A DNA stretch of 64,000 bases from Octopus vulgaris (GCA_951406725.2 OX597826.1:79546001-79610000), one strand, 5' to 3'; positions 1 to 12,734 are shown, counted from the stretch's first letter. Notes: generated by a model not told the origin, from the sequence alone. Made by a program: numbers and translations.

Positions 1-122
1 TGAGAAGATTGCTTCCGAAGCGCCTGGTCTGTGGTTCAGTCCCACTGTGTGCAACCTTGGGCATATATTTTCTATTATAGCCTCGAACCGACCAAAGCTT
101 TGTCAATGGATTTGGTAGGCAG
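1..122 (+). mobile_element. SINE family B, partial 5' half
   Basis: GGTTCAGTCCCACTG..CCTTGGGCA..CTATTATAGCCTC..CCGACCAAAGC matches copies at 14116 and 44913. Confidence 0.75.
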
Positions 123-1485
123 TAATCGGTAGGGTTGGCATATCTAGAATGGCAATTTTTAACGAGATGATGTGACTTTAATTCTAATCTGTATCGTTAT
201 TTTAGTTCCGTGGGATATACGCAATAGAAATAATTTGCTCCTTGTTCGAATTGTTAATGAGCTCAACTTGAAAAAAATCTCTGTTTTAATCAGTAAAAAC
301 AGTCAATACATAATTCCAACTAAATGTAGTTTCGAATTAAGTTGTGTGCAGTTGGTAGCAATTAAGACACCAGTTGGTTGTATTCATTCTCTGCCTCCTT
401 TGCTTCGAGCTCTATCTCTCTCCACACACACACACTCGCTCATATAAACATATATACACCATAGATGAACACGTGTTCATGTATGTGCGCACGCGTGTTT
501 ATATAAAAGCAATAACCTGAACGCCAATTTCTTCACAAGCTCTAATTTGACACTTTCTCATTTCTCTCTCTAGCTCTCTTCCGTCGCTTCCTTTTCATTC
601 CCCCCCTTCCCATTTCACCCCCCTTCTTTCTCTGGGAATATTCATGCAACACAAATCATTATGGCGACTTTCTGCTGACTTCCGCTCCTACAGCCTCTGT
701 TGCTCGAATCACATTAGAAACCTCATTTGCAACACATAGTTCTCTTTTCCTTCCAGCCATTGCTATTCATTCGCTGAGTCTACTCGAATATGTTACGTAC
801 ATATAACAAGTAAATTAATTTCGATTTACTATTTTGGCTTCGACTCCTATTTACAGAATAACAATAATTATAATTAGATTCAATAGTGAACCTTTGCTAT
901 CAAATCTAGGTTTGACTTCATTTTATTGACATTTAATCTATGCATGGTTCACTTGACTCATTAACATCGAATTCAGTGTGATAATTTTCATTTTGATCAT
1001 GTAATTTCCATAGTTTCCCTGTATATAAAATCAATAATTCGCTGTTGATTGCTTTCAATATACTCCCCCGCTGACCAAAGTTCGAGTCGCCTGTTGATTC
1101 CCTGGTGTAGTTATTTAATTTATTTATTCGGTTTCATATACAAAACACTCGTGAGTTAATGCGATGTCAGCCATGTTAAATAATCAACACTAACTTTCCC
1201 TGTAAAGCTGAAGATATCTGCATATGCAAGGGGAAAAAATTATTTTAGAGAGTGGCCTTCAAATGGAGCCTGATCTGCAACCAAACGAATGGCGGACAAA
1301 TTTACCTTAAATCCCACCTCGTCGTCTTAAAAAGAACATCAAATAGGAGAATATAGGACCTAGATATATTAAATTTGGAAGATGGAACTGTCACGAATGG
1401 AATGCTTCTGATAATTGGTTCGTCTTAGAATTTAGCTTAAAACTGATTTTGAACAGACGATAATACGGACTGTATAGCATCACTC

Positions 1486-1766
<281 letters not shown>

Positions 1767-2487
1767 TAATAAAGTTAAAATAGTTGAAAGCCAGGTAGAA
1801 TGCTGGTCGAATCTTATTATTGAGTAAAATTTCCCAGGATCATGTTTCGCTTTGTGACTGGAACATTTCTCTTTTGGTCATGTTCCAAATTCCTTTGGGA
1901 ACTATATAGTTATATACTTATACGTCATCAAAATCAATACGATTAATGGCTAATTGCTCGGTAGCTGTAATTATGTAAATTGAAGCAGAGTTCCTAAGAG
2001 CAAAGTGGAGTTCCTCTTAGTAAGGCACAGTTACTTATAGCAATGAAAGGCATGGTTCCAATTTGTTAGTCAAAGTACGCTTCTATGTCCCTAACTTATT
2101 TGAACCGATCTAAAAAATTTGATTCACAACGTTGCTTCAAGTATCTACTACATTATTTATCCCTGCCTGGTGGCGTCGAACGCAATCATTGTGTGATTTT
2201 TTACTGGTTTTCTATAAGAAAGCCATGACTTCCAAAGTCGTTCCAGGATTGTCTCCCTCGGTATCTGGTGCTGATGATGACTAACGAGCTTGAAGTGCAC
2301 TGACTGTTCTACAGAGGGCGCTCTGATATGTCCGTTGGTGTTTTAACACGTGCTGTCTAGAGCGAGAATTTTCTTCGCATCAAACCGCAGTGAAAATGGC
2401 TTTTTACAGACCGTTGGTGTGTTCCCAAGAACTGACGGAAAAGTTTTTTGAAAATTTATAATTAAGACATTTTCATTAAATAATAGA

Positions 2488-2690
2488 ATGTATTTTTCGT
2501 TATACAGATCGAGGTCGATGTAGTATGTTGTGTAAACATATAGTAAAACCATTCAAATATCGCCATTATCTTTCTAAAGCCTGCTGTATTTCGCATGAAA
2601 ATTTTGGTCTTTCAAAATCACTTTGACATATCTTATTTTGCTGTAAATTTTAGTCGGAAAAATTCGACTTGTACGACGGAAAATACGGTA
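2488..2690 (-). mobile_element. MITE, TACCGTATTTTCC-type TIR family (Tc1/pogo-like)
   Basis: end CGACTTGTACGACGGAAAATACGGTA; interior homologous to 12563-12734 and 43014-43221. Confidence 0.6.
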
Positions 2691-3179
2691 TTTGTCCCCG
2701 TAATGATCATAGTAGCTGGTACGTTATTAGTAAGTGTGAACTAAATGTAACGATTGTATTTTAGAGATGGGAGAAAGTGAGTAAACGCACCATACAAAAT
2801 ATAATGTGCTGATAGTAAATAACCATTCTTAAATATCCCATAATATCATTTTATACATAATATATGTTTTCATGAACTTTCTACCATGTATTGTTCATTA
2901 TATATTATCTGTCTGATGATTCCTTTGAGATGAAATATTTACATGTTCCAGTGATGTTTAAGTTTTCTTATCTCATTGCTACTGTTGACGGCTTTTCACT
3001 GAAGCAGACATACCTCACATTCATAATGAATGCTAAATGAAGTGTTTTACTTTGAACGCTTGCCAGCGACAACGTCGTTGGAGAGAGAGAGAGAGAAAGC
3101 TTAATGTCTTCGAGGGCAATTGGAATCGAATGAATGTCACTCTGTCTGCCAGCAGTGTTAACCTCTTGCATACGGTTCT

Positions 3180-3182
<3 letters not shown>

Positions 3183-3258
<76 letters not shown>
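3183..3258. repeat. (AG)n microsatellite
   Basis: direct reading. Confidence 0.98.
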
Positions 3259-3260
<2 letters not shown>

Positions 3261-3489
3261 TGGAGAGAGAGAGAGGGGGAAGAGAAACAAATAGACATGG
3301 ACAGAGGCAGAGAGAGACAGAGAGAGAGGCACACATACACACATACACATGCACTCACTCTCACATTAATACGTTTATACACACACACAGAGACATATAT
3401 ATATATATACATACATAAATATTTATATATATATATGATATATACATATACAAATGTATAGATTCGTGTATATATATATATATATATAT

Positions 3490-3650
3490 TCTCTTTATTT
3501 TCTCTCCCTGTTTCTTTCTGCGTTCCTTTCTGTGGAGCGTAGGCTCGAAACATTAAAGTATTTCTCACTTCCCGAGCGTTAAATTAGTACATCTGTTTAT
3601 TGTCTACACCACTTGTCTTCGTATTTTGTTTTTTTTTTGTGAATTCTCCT
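3490..3650 (+). mobile_element. Penelope pLTR-like repeat with degenerate A6U hammerhead motif (3526-3558)
   Basis: CTTT-CTGTGGA-GCGTAGGCTC-GAAACATT-AAAG; homologous to 14662, 28484, 40570; bounded by (TA)n. Confidence 0.65.
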
Positions 3651-4824
3651 TATATATATATAATAAAAACAAAAAATGGAACAAGAACGTAACAAGCGAC
3701 AACAAAACATTCGGACAGTTAGACGACACAGAAAGGGACTGGAAAAAACAAGGACGGGTCTTTGTTTTTTCCTGTCGGAGCTTTCAGTGTTCAGTCAAAC
3801 ACCAGATCGTCTTTGCAGTTTCGGCCGGTTACTCTCGAGACTGCTCTAATCTGGCTGGACCCAAGAAAATCTAAGCTAAGTGCACTAGATTCGTTGGAAG
3901 AAAGCAAGTGAATATATAAGAAAACAAGGGCGAAAAAAAAATGGAGAAATGGTAGACAATTACAATTACAAACAACAGGATATTAACAACAGGTGTCTTT
4001 CGACTAAGGGCAACTTAAATTAAGCTGGCGTGTGTGGAAGTGAAGCCTTACGGCAGGAACATAAGTGATGAAAGTCATGGGAAAGAATAAAAGAGATGCT
4101 ACACAGATGGTAGTCGAACCAAAAAAGGTCAGACTTGGCCGAACACCGGTCACGGGGAAGGTGAGGAGAAGGTAGGGGGTAGAGGGATATGCAAACATCT
4201 ATGTTCCTTATTTGTGGATAAATGAAGAACAGTGACTAAGAACCGTGCGGCAAGAGAATGGACAGCTGAATCTATTTTGCGCCATTTATACAACCCAGCT
4301 AACACCCTTTGACACGATATTGGTAAATAAATAAATAAATATAAATAAATAATAAATGACTAACAGACACCAAAAGCACTACAGATTCCAACAGGCAACT
4401 AATGCTGGCCAATCCTCGAAGAATAGATACAGCTATAAGGTTAGCTTCACTGTTTAAGTTTGCGTGAATGCAGGCAATCAACCAAAATATTGCTAATTTG
4501 ATCATCAATAACCAATTATAAGTGTTGGTCACAGAAGGCCACAAAGTCTGACACCTGTCACCTATTGCAGTAATGTCTTCTAGCCAAAGCATTATACAGC
4601 AGCAAAACAACATTGGTGGATGTGGATATACTCTCTCGAATACTCTGAGTAATTTTAGTCGGAGCAAGATGTCGGTAAACAGAGACTCGATATTAGTTAA
4701 TGTTAAATCCATAATTACTTGTGAAAATTAAAATGTACCTCTTAGAAAAAAAATTGATGTCACACTTTTAATTACATTTCTGAAATTCAAAATTTGTGAC
4801 TTTGCTAAAATAAACTAATATTAG

Positions 4825-5001
4825 CTTCAAATTGTGGTCCAGGGTCGTAATTTCGGGGAAGTAGGTGAGTCGAGTAGATCGACCCCAGTGTTCAACTGGT
4901 ACTTATTTGTACTTATTTTATCGATTTCGAAAAGACGAATGTTAAATTCGACCTCGACGGAATTTGATCTCAGAAAAGATGGATGAATTGCCGTTAAGCA
5001 T
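4825..5001 (-). mobile_element. SINE family A, degenerate
   Basis: GATCGACCCCAGTG..AACTGGTACTT..CGACCTCG.CGGAATTTG body. Confidence 0.75.
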
Positions 5002-5064
5002 ATTCAGTGAAACACATGTATTTTACAGCTGCTTCAATTTTTACCCACTTAAACACATATACAT

Positions 5065-5230
5065 TTCTACTCTAGGCACAAGGTCTGAGGGGGCCAGTCG
5101 ATTAGATCGACCCCAGTGCGCAACTGGTACTTAATTTATCAACCACGAAAGGATGAAAGGCAAAGTCGGCCTCGGCGGAATTTGAACTCAGAACGTAAAG
5201 ACAGATGAAATGCTGCTAGGCATTTTTGCC
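5065..5230 (-). mobile_element. SINE family A (tail type 2)
   Basis: reverse complement of 10346-10505 and 35782-35995. Confidence 0.85.
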
Positions 5231-6694
5231 TGAGAAAACTGACGTATTTATTGCAATGTATCCTACACCTGTCAATGATTAGCCTTAATAAAGTAAGTGC
5301 AGACCCCTCTGGAATTTAGATTAATTAAGAAATGAATGAGGGTCACCAATAAGAGTGCAACTGATCTTTGGTAACTCCGGCGACTCTGTAATAACGATTA
5401 TACTAGCCCTCATCCAACGCCCTATGTACAGTGACTGTTCGAATTCGCTACATTTTAGTGAAACGCGTTCATTGATTCGTTAATTTCAAATAATATCCTG
5501 TAAACATTTCTTGGATACGCCTTCTGCTTGAAAAGCAGCAGTATTAACATAGTGCTCAAATTAAAGAAGAAAATATAAAATTCAATTTCTAATCAATGGA
5601 CATTTCGAAAATGTCTCCATTGCCTTTGAGTAGAATTGTAATTAACAGTGATGATTTTCATTTCATTACAGGTGTAATTTTAATTGATTAATTTCTATTT
5701 TGTTAGCTACATTATGTATATTAACCCACAATAAAGTATTTTATTTTTTGGCCCAGAAGGCAAACCTTCGCAATTTTCCCATCTCATTATATTACTCATT
5801 GACTACGTAATTAAATTTCACGGTCATTGCCCTAATGATGTTAATTACCCGCCTAAAAAAATAGAATTAATAATTTCTGCTTCTGCAATACTTTTTCAGT
5901 ATTTCCTGAAGATACGGTTTTCATGTCCACCACTAAAAGGGTTCGATTCTTGCTCAGTAAAAAGATGGTTCATGAAATATATGAAAAAAATCTGAAAAAT
6001 TGTATTTTGTAGAAAGTGTCACAGCGGGTCTCCGCTTCCCGCAGCAAAAAAAAAAATTTTTTTAAACCATGGTAGAAAACCGTTTTCTGCAGTTAACAGG
6101 AATTAAGTTTGGAGCAGATATATTCACTTTGCGCGATCAAAGTGTTAAATTTGCCAATCAGTGAATGATTATTTTTCAGTATATTATTTTTCTAATAGAC
6201 TACAACAGTTCTGGCAAGTAAGAATAAACGCATACTTTACTGAAGTGGTCTAACAAAACCGACGCAGTTCAACTGAACATAAAGTAATACATGCACGCAT
6301 AAACAGCATCAGCAGCAGCAGTACAAATTTGTGTTGCGCTGCACATTACCAGAGACAGATGTAAAGGAACAAGAATCGTCGCTTTTTGCACGAGTCGACA
6401 TTGCACTAAAAGAATCTGAACACGTCCAGGAAAAGACTAGACATGAAGGAAGTACGACATGATTAAACAACCATGGTGTATTTCATAGAAGAACTCACTG
6501 CAACTCAGAGACGTATCGTGGCTCTTAGTTAAGGTCGTATAGGTTATACTTAGAACAATAGGTTCATGTATTGAATGTAATAGTGTACTAAGAAGATAGT
6601 CACGAATAAGCGAGTAACCACGTGTGTTTACTGACTGTCTATATGTATAAGTATACACACATGCGCTATACAGACACGCTCATATACTTAAACA

Positions 6695-6751
<57 letters not shown>

Positions 6752-6756
<5 letters not shown>

Positions 6757-7165
6757 CCACTGGTAGTAAAAATTTCTAAAATTTTTCCTACCCTGATCTT
6801 TATTAATAATTTTTGGTAAATTTTTTGAAGCAAGTCGGCATTATTTTATTTGCTGCCGACAAAAACTGCGCGTGCGCGGTGAATTTGAAAACTTAGGATA
6901 TGTAAGCACGAGGCATGTACTGTATTGCCTCGTATTTATATGTTAATCTTTTGGCGTTCCCGCTGATGAGAGCTTCGCCTAGCAAATTACTTTATTTGCT
7001 AATTAAAGTTCGAAACCATGGTCCGGCAGAAAGATGATAAGTGTTTTATTTTTCCTTCCCTTCGAAATTACCCCTAACAATGGTTTAAATTTTGACTACA
7101 CCGTTTAGAGTGTTAGGTGTCCTAAAAGGGTCACCTCTTATGTATTTAAATGGACACTGTTTATA
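6752..7165 (+). mobile_element. Penelope pLTR-like element between (TA)n tracts
   Basis: contains canonical hammerhead 6957-7028; TA repeats on both sides. Confidence 0.55.
6957..7028 (+). ncRNA. type I hammerhead ribozyme, canonical core
   Basis: CCG-CTGATGA(6963)-GAGCTT..AAGTTC-GAAA(7012)-CCATGG-TC-CGG; GUC site at 7021-7023; palindromic stem III. Confidence 0.85.
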
Positions 7166-7180
7166 TATATTTATATATAG

Positions 7181-7633
7181 TATACTCAAATCCAGTAGGG
7201 CATTTAAATACCACTTGCTATAAGCAGAGCCATCGATCCAAAACCATCACTAACTCACTATTAAAATACACACGGGCAATGTAACAAATATAGGAGAAAG
7301 AGGCTTACCTTGCGTGGAATACAGAAGGAAGTAATGCGTACATTTCAGTTTAAAGTAAAGAAGGCACACGAGGTAATGCGATGAATACTTCAGAAATAGA
7401 TTTTAGTATTATTTTCAGCTGATGAGTTCAAAGTATGGTTCTTCACACAGAGGGTGAAATCCGTTGATACTAGAATACACATATTACTTACTTCTGTATT
7501 CCACGCAAAGTAAACCTGTTTCTCCTAAATACGTTGGATTACCTGTGTGTATTTTAAGTGAGCTATTGGTGGTTTTGGAGCGATGGCTGTGTGTAGCAAG
7601 TGGTATTTAAATACCCTAATGAATCTGAATATA
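7181..7633. repeat. imperfect inverted repeat (arms about 160 bp, spacer about 135 bp)
   Basis: 7181-7340 is the diverged reverse complement of 7476-7633 (e.g. ATTTAAATACCACTTGCTA / TAGCAAGTGGTATTTAAAT). Confidence 0.85.
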
Positions 7634-7720
7634 TTTTACTTGTCAGGGTATAAACTTGCTAGCCACCATATTATTATCTTTATTATTATTAATAAAGATA
7701 ATAATACTTCTTTGATTAAA

Positions 7721-7752
<32 letters not shown>

Positions 7753-9171
7753 GGTCATATATATATATATGTATATAATGAATGCATATATGTATGTATG
7801 TGTATGTGTGTATGTATGTATATGTTTTAATTAATTTTATATAAATACTGAATTACTTATATAAGTACTGAATTAATTTTGTATTTTTTCTGTCTACAGC
7901 TTTGAGACGACACAAATAACTCCTGCTTAAATATACATTCGTGGTCCATGGTTATATACAACCATGCACGTGTGCATACATACACACACACACACACACA
8001 TATATATAATTATATATAAAAGTATATATTTATACACTTATAAATGCATACGGCGTTTTTTTAAAGAATGAACTAATACTATGCATATATACCGACAACT
8101 GGAAATTTTAGGATTTAATATGTGAATTTTATGCATTTTTAACTCCTAATTACTTTATTGCAATTCAAATTTCTAATCCGGTTAAATATTGTGAAGAAAT
8201 GATTATCTCCTTTGTAATGTTTGCGACCACCAGGGGAAAGACAACTGTTTGAAAAACTCTAGCTGGGTTTTCGAGACTATCTATTCAAACTGTTGTCAAC
8301 CGTCACGGCTTTATGTTTACGATTAGTTGTCGGTTCCACTAGATAGCAAAGGGTTATCAATATGAAATAGCAGCTTAAAACCAATATTTACACCTGAAAG
8401 ACTACACCGGAAAACGGTTTGGGAATGGTTAGTGAAGCTGAAATAATTGGTTGCTATAAGAGATGTTCACAAAATAAAATTCCCTGGAAACAGTTATTAT
8501 TAAGTATTTAAACCCAAAGAACTATCTTCTTTCTCTATTGCTGAATTACCAATGTTCCATGAAGTATAAAATCCTACATGTATTCCATGAATTCTCACCA
8601 GACCGTAATTATCTCCAAACTTAATGAAATGTTTCGCTCCATAAAATGTCTAATTAATAAGTCACAGGTTATGTTATGCTGACGATTTCTAAAAGATGAA
8701 ATCGTAAAATACGACTAGAAAATTTAAGAATTTCTTAAAAAACAAAATATATGAAAAAAAACAAAACAGGATTAAATACGTGAATACTATGTATCTTTTA
8801 ATTTATTAATTTTAAATTAAAATGTCTGATCCTGTCAACTATAATGAAGAACTGGTATTATCTTCTTTGTAAAATCGGCAACAGCTGGTGGAAAGAGTCG
8901 TGTTTGACAAACACCTTTGATTGAATAAAAGTAACAATACAGGTACATGACTTTTAAAAATTTTATCGAACATACATAACGAACACACATAAAATTTCAC
9001 TTATATCAATATAGATGCATGACCTCTCTGCACATAAATAATATCTGTGTTGTGTCCATTTTTCTTTTCCCAAATATTTTTGCAAGCGTATTCAATTATA
9101 ACTATTTATAGAGATACGTATAGATACATACGCGTAAGCATACGCAGAAGTACATTCGTGTATACATTCGT

Positions 9172-9176
9172 ATCTA

Positions 9177-9233
<57 letters not shown>

Positions 9234-9349
9234 GCTTATCTATCTATCGATCTATCCATCCATCCATCCATACATACATACATACATACATGCATACATA
9301 CATACATACATACATGCATACATACATACATACATAAATACATATATAC

Positions 9350-9415
<66 letters not shown>
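9172..9415. repeat. compound (TATC)/(TACA)/(TA) microsatellite
   Basis: direct reading. Confidence 0.97.
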
Positions 9416-9418
<3 letters not shown>

Positions 9419-10123
9419 CAAATATACACAATCAAATACACAACCGCAACACAATCTATAACCGTTTCTCAAGCTTAGCGGTTCTGATCTACTGACGATA
9501 TGAAGATCAGAGCAAAGGCATCAGTGGAGTAATTCTGAAACAGACGACAGAAGGAAACGGAAAACATTCTCCATTGTAAAAGTACATTAAAAAGTAAAGA
9601 AACCAAAAGAATAACACCCCCTCCCCACAACAACAGACAAACAAAACAAGCAAAGAAGAAAACAGAAAAAGAGCAGAAAATAATGTCTCAAAATCGATTC
9701 ACTTTGGTGCTGGAATGCAAGATGGGAGAAATAGTTATCTTTCTGAGTTTTGCGGAGGAAAACGTAATGGAGAGGATCTGTGTAGATATGTAAGAGAAGC
9801 CCCTACTTTGTAAAGATCGGAGACAGAGCCTTGAGAGACATATCTAATTAATTAAGTTTATCAAGTTTCAAGATTCATCGCACGGATGTTCTGGGATTCA
9901 TCATCAGTGATGTGGTTTTGAATTGTACGTACTTCGTGTTTCCGGTCATTTAGCATCAGACCTTGCCCGGTAGAGCCAGCTGAGGCTGATGAAGTCCCAG
10001 GATGCATTCCAAGAGCAGCAAGACACCCGTCTGCCCTCTTTATTCAAATCCACTTAGAGGCCTTGTCTGCAGCTCGGATTATAGTCACCTCTTTTGCTAA
10101 TTTTTTTCTGACGATGTAATTAT

Positions 10124-10507
10124 AAGGCGGCGAGCTGGCAGAAACGCTAGCACACCGGGCGAAATGCGTAGCCGTATTTCGTCTGCCGTTACGTTCTGAG
10201 TTCAAATTCCGCCGAGGTCGACTTTACCTTTCATCCTTTCGGGGTCGATAAATTAATTACCAGTTACGCACTGGGGTCGATGTAATCGACTTAATCCGTT
10301 TGTCTATCCTTGTTTGTCTCCTCTGTGCTTAACCCCTTGTGGGTACGTCTGTCTTTACGTTCTGAGTTCAAATTCCGCCGAGGTCGACTTTGCCTTTCAT
10401 CCATTCGGGGGTCGATAAATTAAGTACCAGTTGCGTATTGGGGTCGATCTTATCGACTGGCCTCCTCCCTAAAAATTTCGGGCCTTGTGCCTAGAGTAAA
10501 AAAAGGA
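10124..10507 (+). mobile_element. SINE family A, chimeric dimer with TSD
   Basis: head AAGGCGGCGAGCTGGCAG, B-box-like GAGTTCAAATTCC, central CCTTTCATCCTTTCGGGGTCGATAAA (resembles Meta/Sauria-SINE domain); GTAATTATAAG repeated at 10116 and 10509. Confidence 0.9.
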
Positions 10508-10562
10508 AGTAATTATAAGCACGACTCTGTACTTGTATGATAGGTTCTAACGACATTACACC

Positions 10563-10775
10563 GGTTTCAAAATTTGGCACAAGGTTAGCATTTTAGGGGA
10601 GGAGGTAAGTCGATTGCATTGACCCCAGTTCTCAACTGGTCCTTACTTTATTGATCCTTAAAGGATGAAAGGCAAAGTCAACCTCTTCAGGATTCGAACT
10701 CAGTGCGTAAAGACAGACGAAATTCCGCTAAGCATTTTGCCCGGCGTGCTAATGGTTCTGCCAGCTCGCCGCCTT
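10563..10775 (-). mobile_element. SINE family A
   Basis: ends CTGCCAGCTCGCCGCCTT, the reverse complement of the family head. Confidence 0.9.
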
Positions 10776-11708
10776 CCAAAGATGTTATATTAGTACGGAA
10801 AATACTAATACAGGTAGGCGCGCATGTATAATGAAGTATACTAAATATGGCGACATAGGTATAATGTATGCGCGTACATGCAGGCGTGTCAAATACGCAT
10901 TTGTATGTGCACTGAGGGCATATACATGTGAACGACCGAGTCAGTTCCGGGCAACTCTATGCGTGTGTATGTGCCTGTAAGGTTCATGCATGGAAAGCAA
11001 GTTTCTATAAACAGATATATCTGTCTCAGTAAGCGTGCAATGCATAAAAACCTGTACAAACACATACATATATGTAAATAAGATGTTCGAATGTGTATGC
11101 GTATACATGTCTACATATTAACCGGGCGATTAGGTGCCCATGTGCACACATGTGACGTTTGAAGAGAAAACATTCACACACACACACACATTCATACATA
11201 TAAGCACACACACACATATATATACACACACACACATATATATATATATATACACATATACATACACACACACATATATATACTGATATACATACACAAA
11301 CACACACATATACATATACATATGCACACACACGCACGCATACACACATACATATATGAATGTATGTGTGTGGGCTCGTGCGTGCATGTTTATCTATATA
11401 AAGTACAATAAAGTCACACACACCCCAGCACAAAGTATCGTTCGTAGCCTTTAAGAGAAAGATGAATATTATGTGTATAAGAATAATGAACGATACAGTT
11501 TTATATTTAAGAGATGAGGAATTATGTACATTATTTACATTGTTTCAATTTGGCGGGCTTATGGGGTAGTGGTTAAGAGAGCGGGCTACTAACCCCAAGA
11601 TTCCGAGTTCGATTCCAGGCAGTGACCTGAGTAATAATAGTAATAATAATAATAATAACATCGAAAAATACTTTAGGAATGAGAACCCAGTTTCGAAATT
11701 TCTCCAAG

Positions 11709-11751
11709 ACACCTGATGAAGGCTGGAGGGTATATCCGCTGAAACGTTGTG
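11709..11751 (+). ncRNA. minimal type I hammerhead ribozyme
   Basis: CAC-CTGATGA-A-GGCTGGA..TCCGCT-GAAA-CG-TT-GTG; ACGT palindromic stem III. Confidence 0.75.
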
Positions 11752-11803
11752 ATAACAACAAACAAGATGAGGAGAAATATCCGTTAAGTGTAAATAATGT
11801 AAA

Positions 11804-12200
11804 TCTTTATATATAAAAGAGAGGTTGTGTGTCTGTCTCCTACGATTTAGATTCCTAACTACTCCCACATTTTGCGGTGCAGTTTCACCAAAACCGGGTA
11901 TCTTATAGTCGTGATTCATATCGAGCCCTTCTAGGTATTAGCGCGCGTCTACGATGAGTCTACGATTTAAAAAAAAATTTACCATCATTTTTTTCCATTT
12001 TAATGCATTTTTTTTGCTATCATATAAGGGAAGTAACTCTCTAAAAATGTCTACGATGAGTCAACGATTTAAAAAAAATTTACCATAATTTTTTTTCCAT
12101 TTTTAATGCATTTTTTGCTATTTTTTGGCTATAACTCTCTAAAAATGCTTATATAGTTATTTCCCTTACAAACCCGAGCAACGCCGGACGATACTGCTAG
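11804..12200 (+). mobile_element. non-autonomous Helitron
   Basis: 5' TC, 3' CTAG, subterminal GC hairpin CCCGAGCAACGCCGG, inserted between A and T with no TSD; internal duplication of about 75 bp (11947, 12049). Confidence 0.88.
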
Positions 12201-12562
12201 TAATGTATAATGAACGAGTTCCATCATGAAAAATATTTTCCCCAAATGATTTGACAATTTTTTTTATAGACATCTTTAAAAAAATGACAATGACATAATT
12301 GCTATGAAACGTGTTGGTAGTAATAATTTGCACCGTAATCCTAAAGAGGGCTGTTTATCAAAGAAATTCTATGTATGTTCCCGTTTTTACCTGAGATTAA
12401 GGCATCAAACGCACTTATTTAATCGATGAGAAAAGAACTACGGCTGGAGTTTATCAAAGGATCAGTAATTTACTTAATTGATGCGGTTTACTGTTATATA
12501 CCTGGCTAACATCCAATAGAAGACCAATGACGGACAGGCTTTAGGAATACCCGTTCACCATT

Positions 12563-12734
12563 TACTGTGTTTTCCGGCATTGCAAGTTGAAATTTTCAGG
12601 CTGAAATTTACCGCTGAAGACCAAAAATTCTATGTGAAATGCGGCAAGATTTGCGAAAATAATGGCGATTGTGAATGTGGTCCCTACCTTTTTACACTCT
12701 GTACTGCGTCAACTTGTATGGCGGAAAATCGGTA
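12563..12734 (+). mobile_element. MITE, TACCGTATTTTCC-type TIR family
   Basis: TACTGTGTTTTCCGGCAT..CAAGTTGA / TCAACTTGTATGGCGGAAAATCGGTA inverted ends. Confidence 0.65.

Larger units (their letters stand above)
11494..12206 (+). mobile_element. tRNA-headed, hammerhead-bearing non-autonomous retroelement with 11-bp TSD, interrupted by a Helitron
   Basis: ATAATGAACGA at 11483-11493 and 12207-12217; A box 11562-11572, B box 11606-11616; HHR 11709-11751. Confidence 0.75.

Noticed and set aside
2908-2945. CTGATGA..GAAATATT hammerhead match
   Set aside because: Stems are very short and AT-rich; within chance expectation.
3660-4300. Complex sequence after (TA)n, probably transposon-derived
   Set aside because: No second copy, termini or protein motif in this window, so it cannot be classified.
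8675-8710. CTGACGA..GAAATCGTA hammerhead match
   Set aside because: Better explained as a simple 8-bp hairpin; no stem I or III.
9855-10005. Inverted pair of CTGATGA-containing segments
   Set aside because: A short inverted similarity exists, but no stem III or cleavage triplet could be built.
11555-11627. tRNA gene (apparent ACT anticodon)
   Set aside because: Imperfect acceptor and T stems, no T-run terminator, and embedded in a TSD-flanked repeat; treated as a SINE head.
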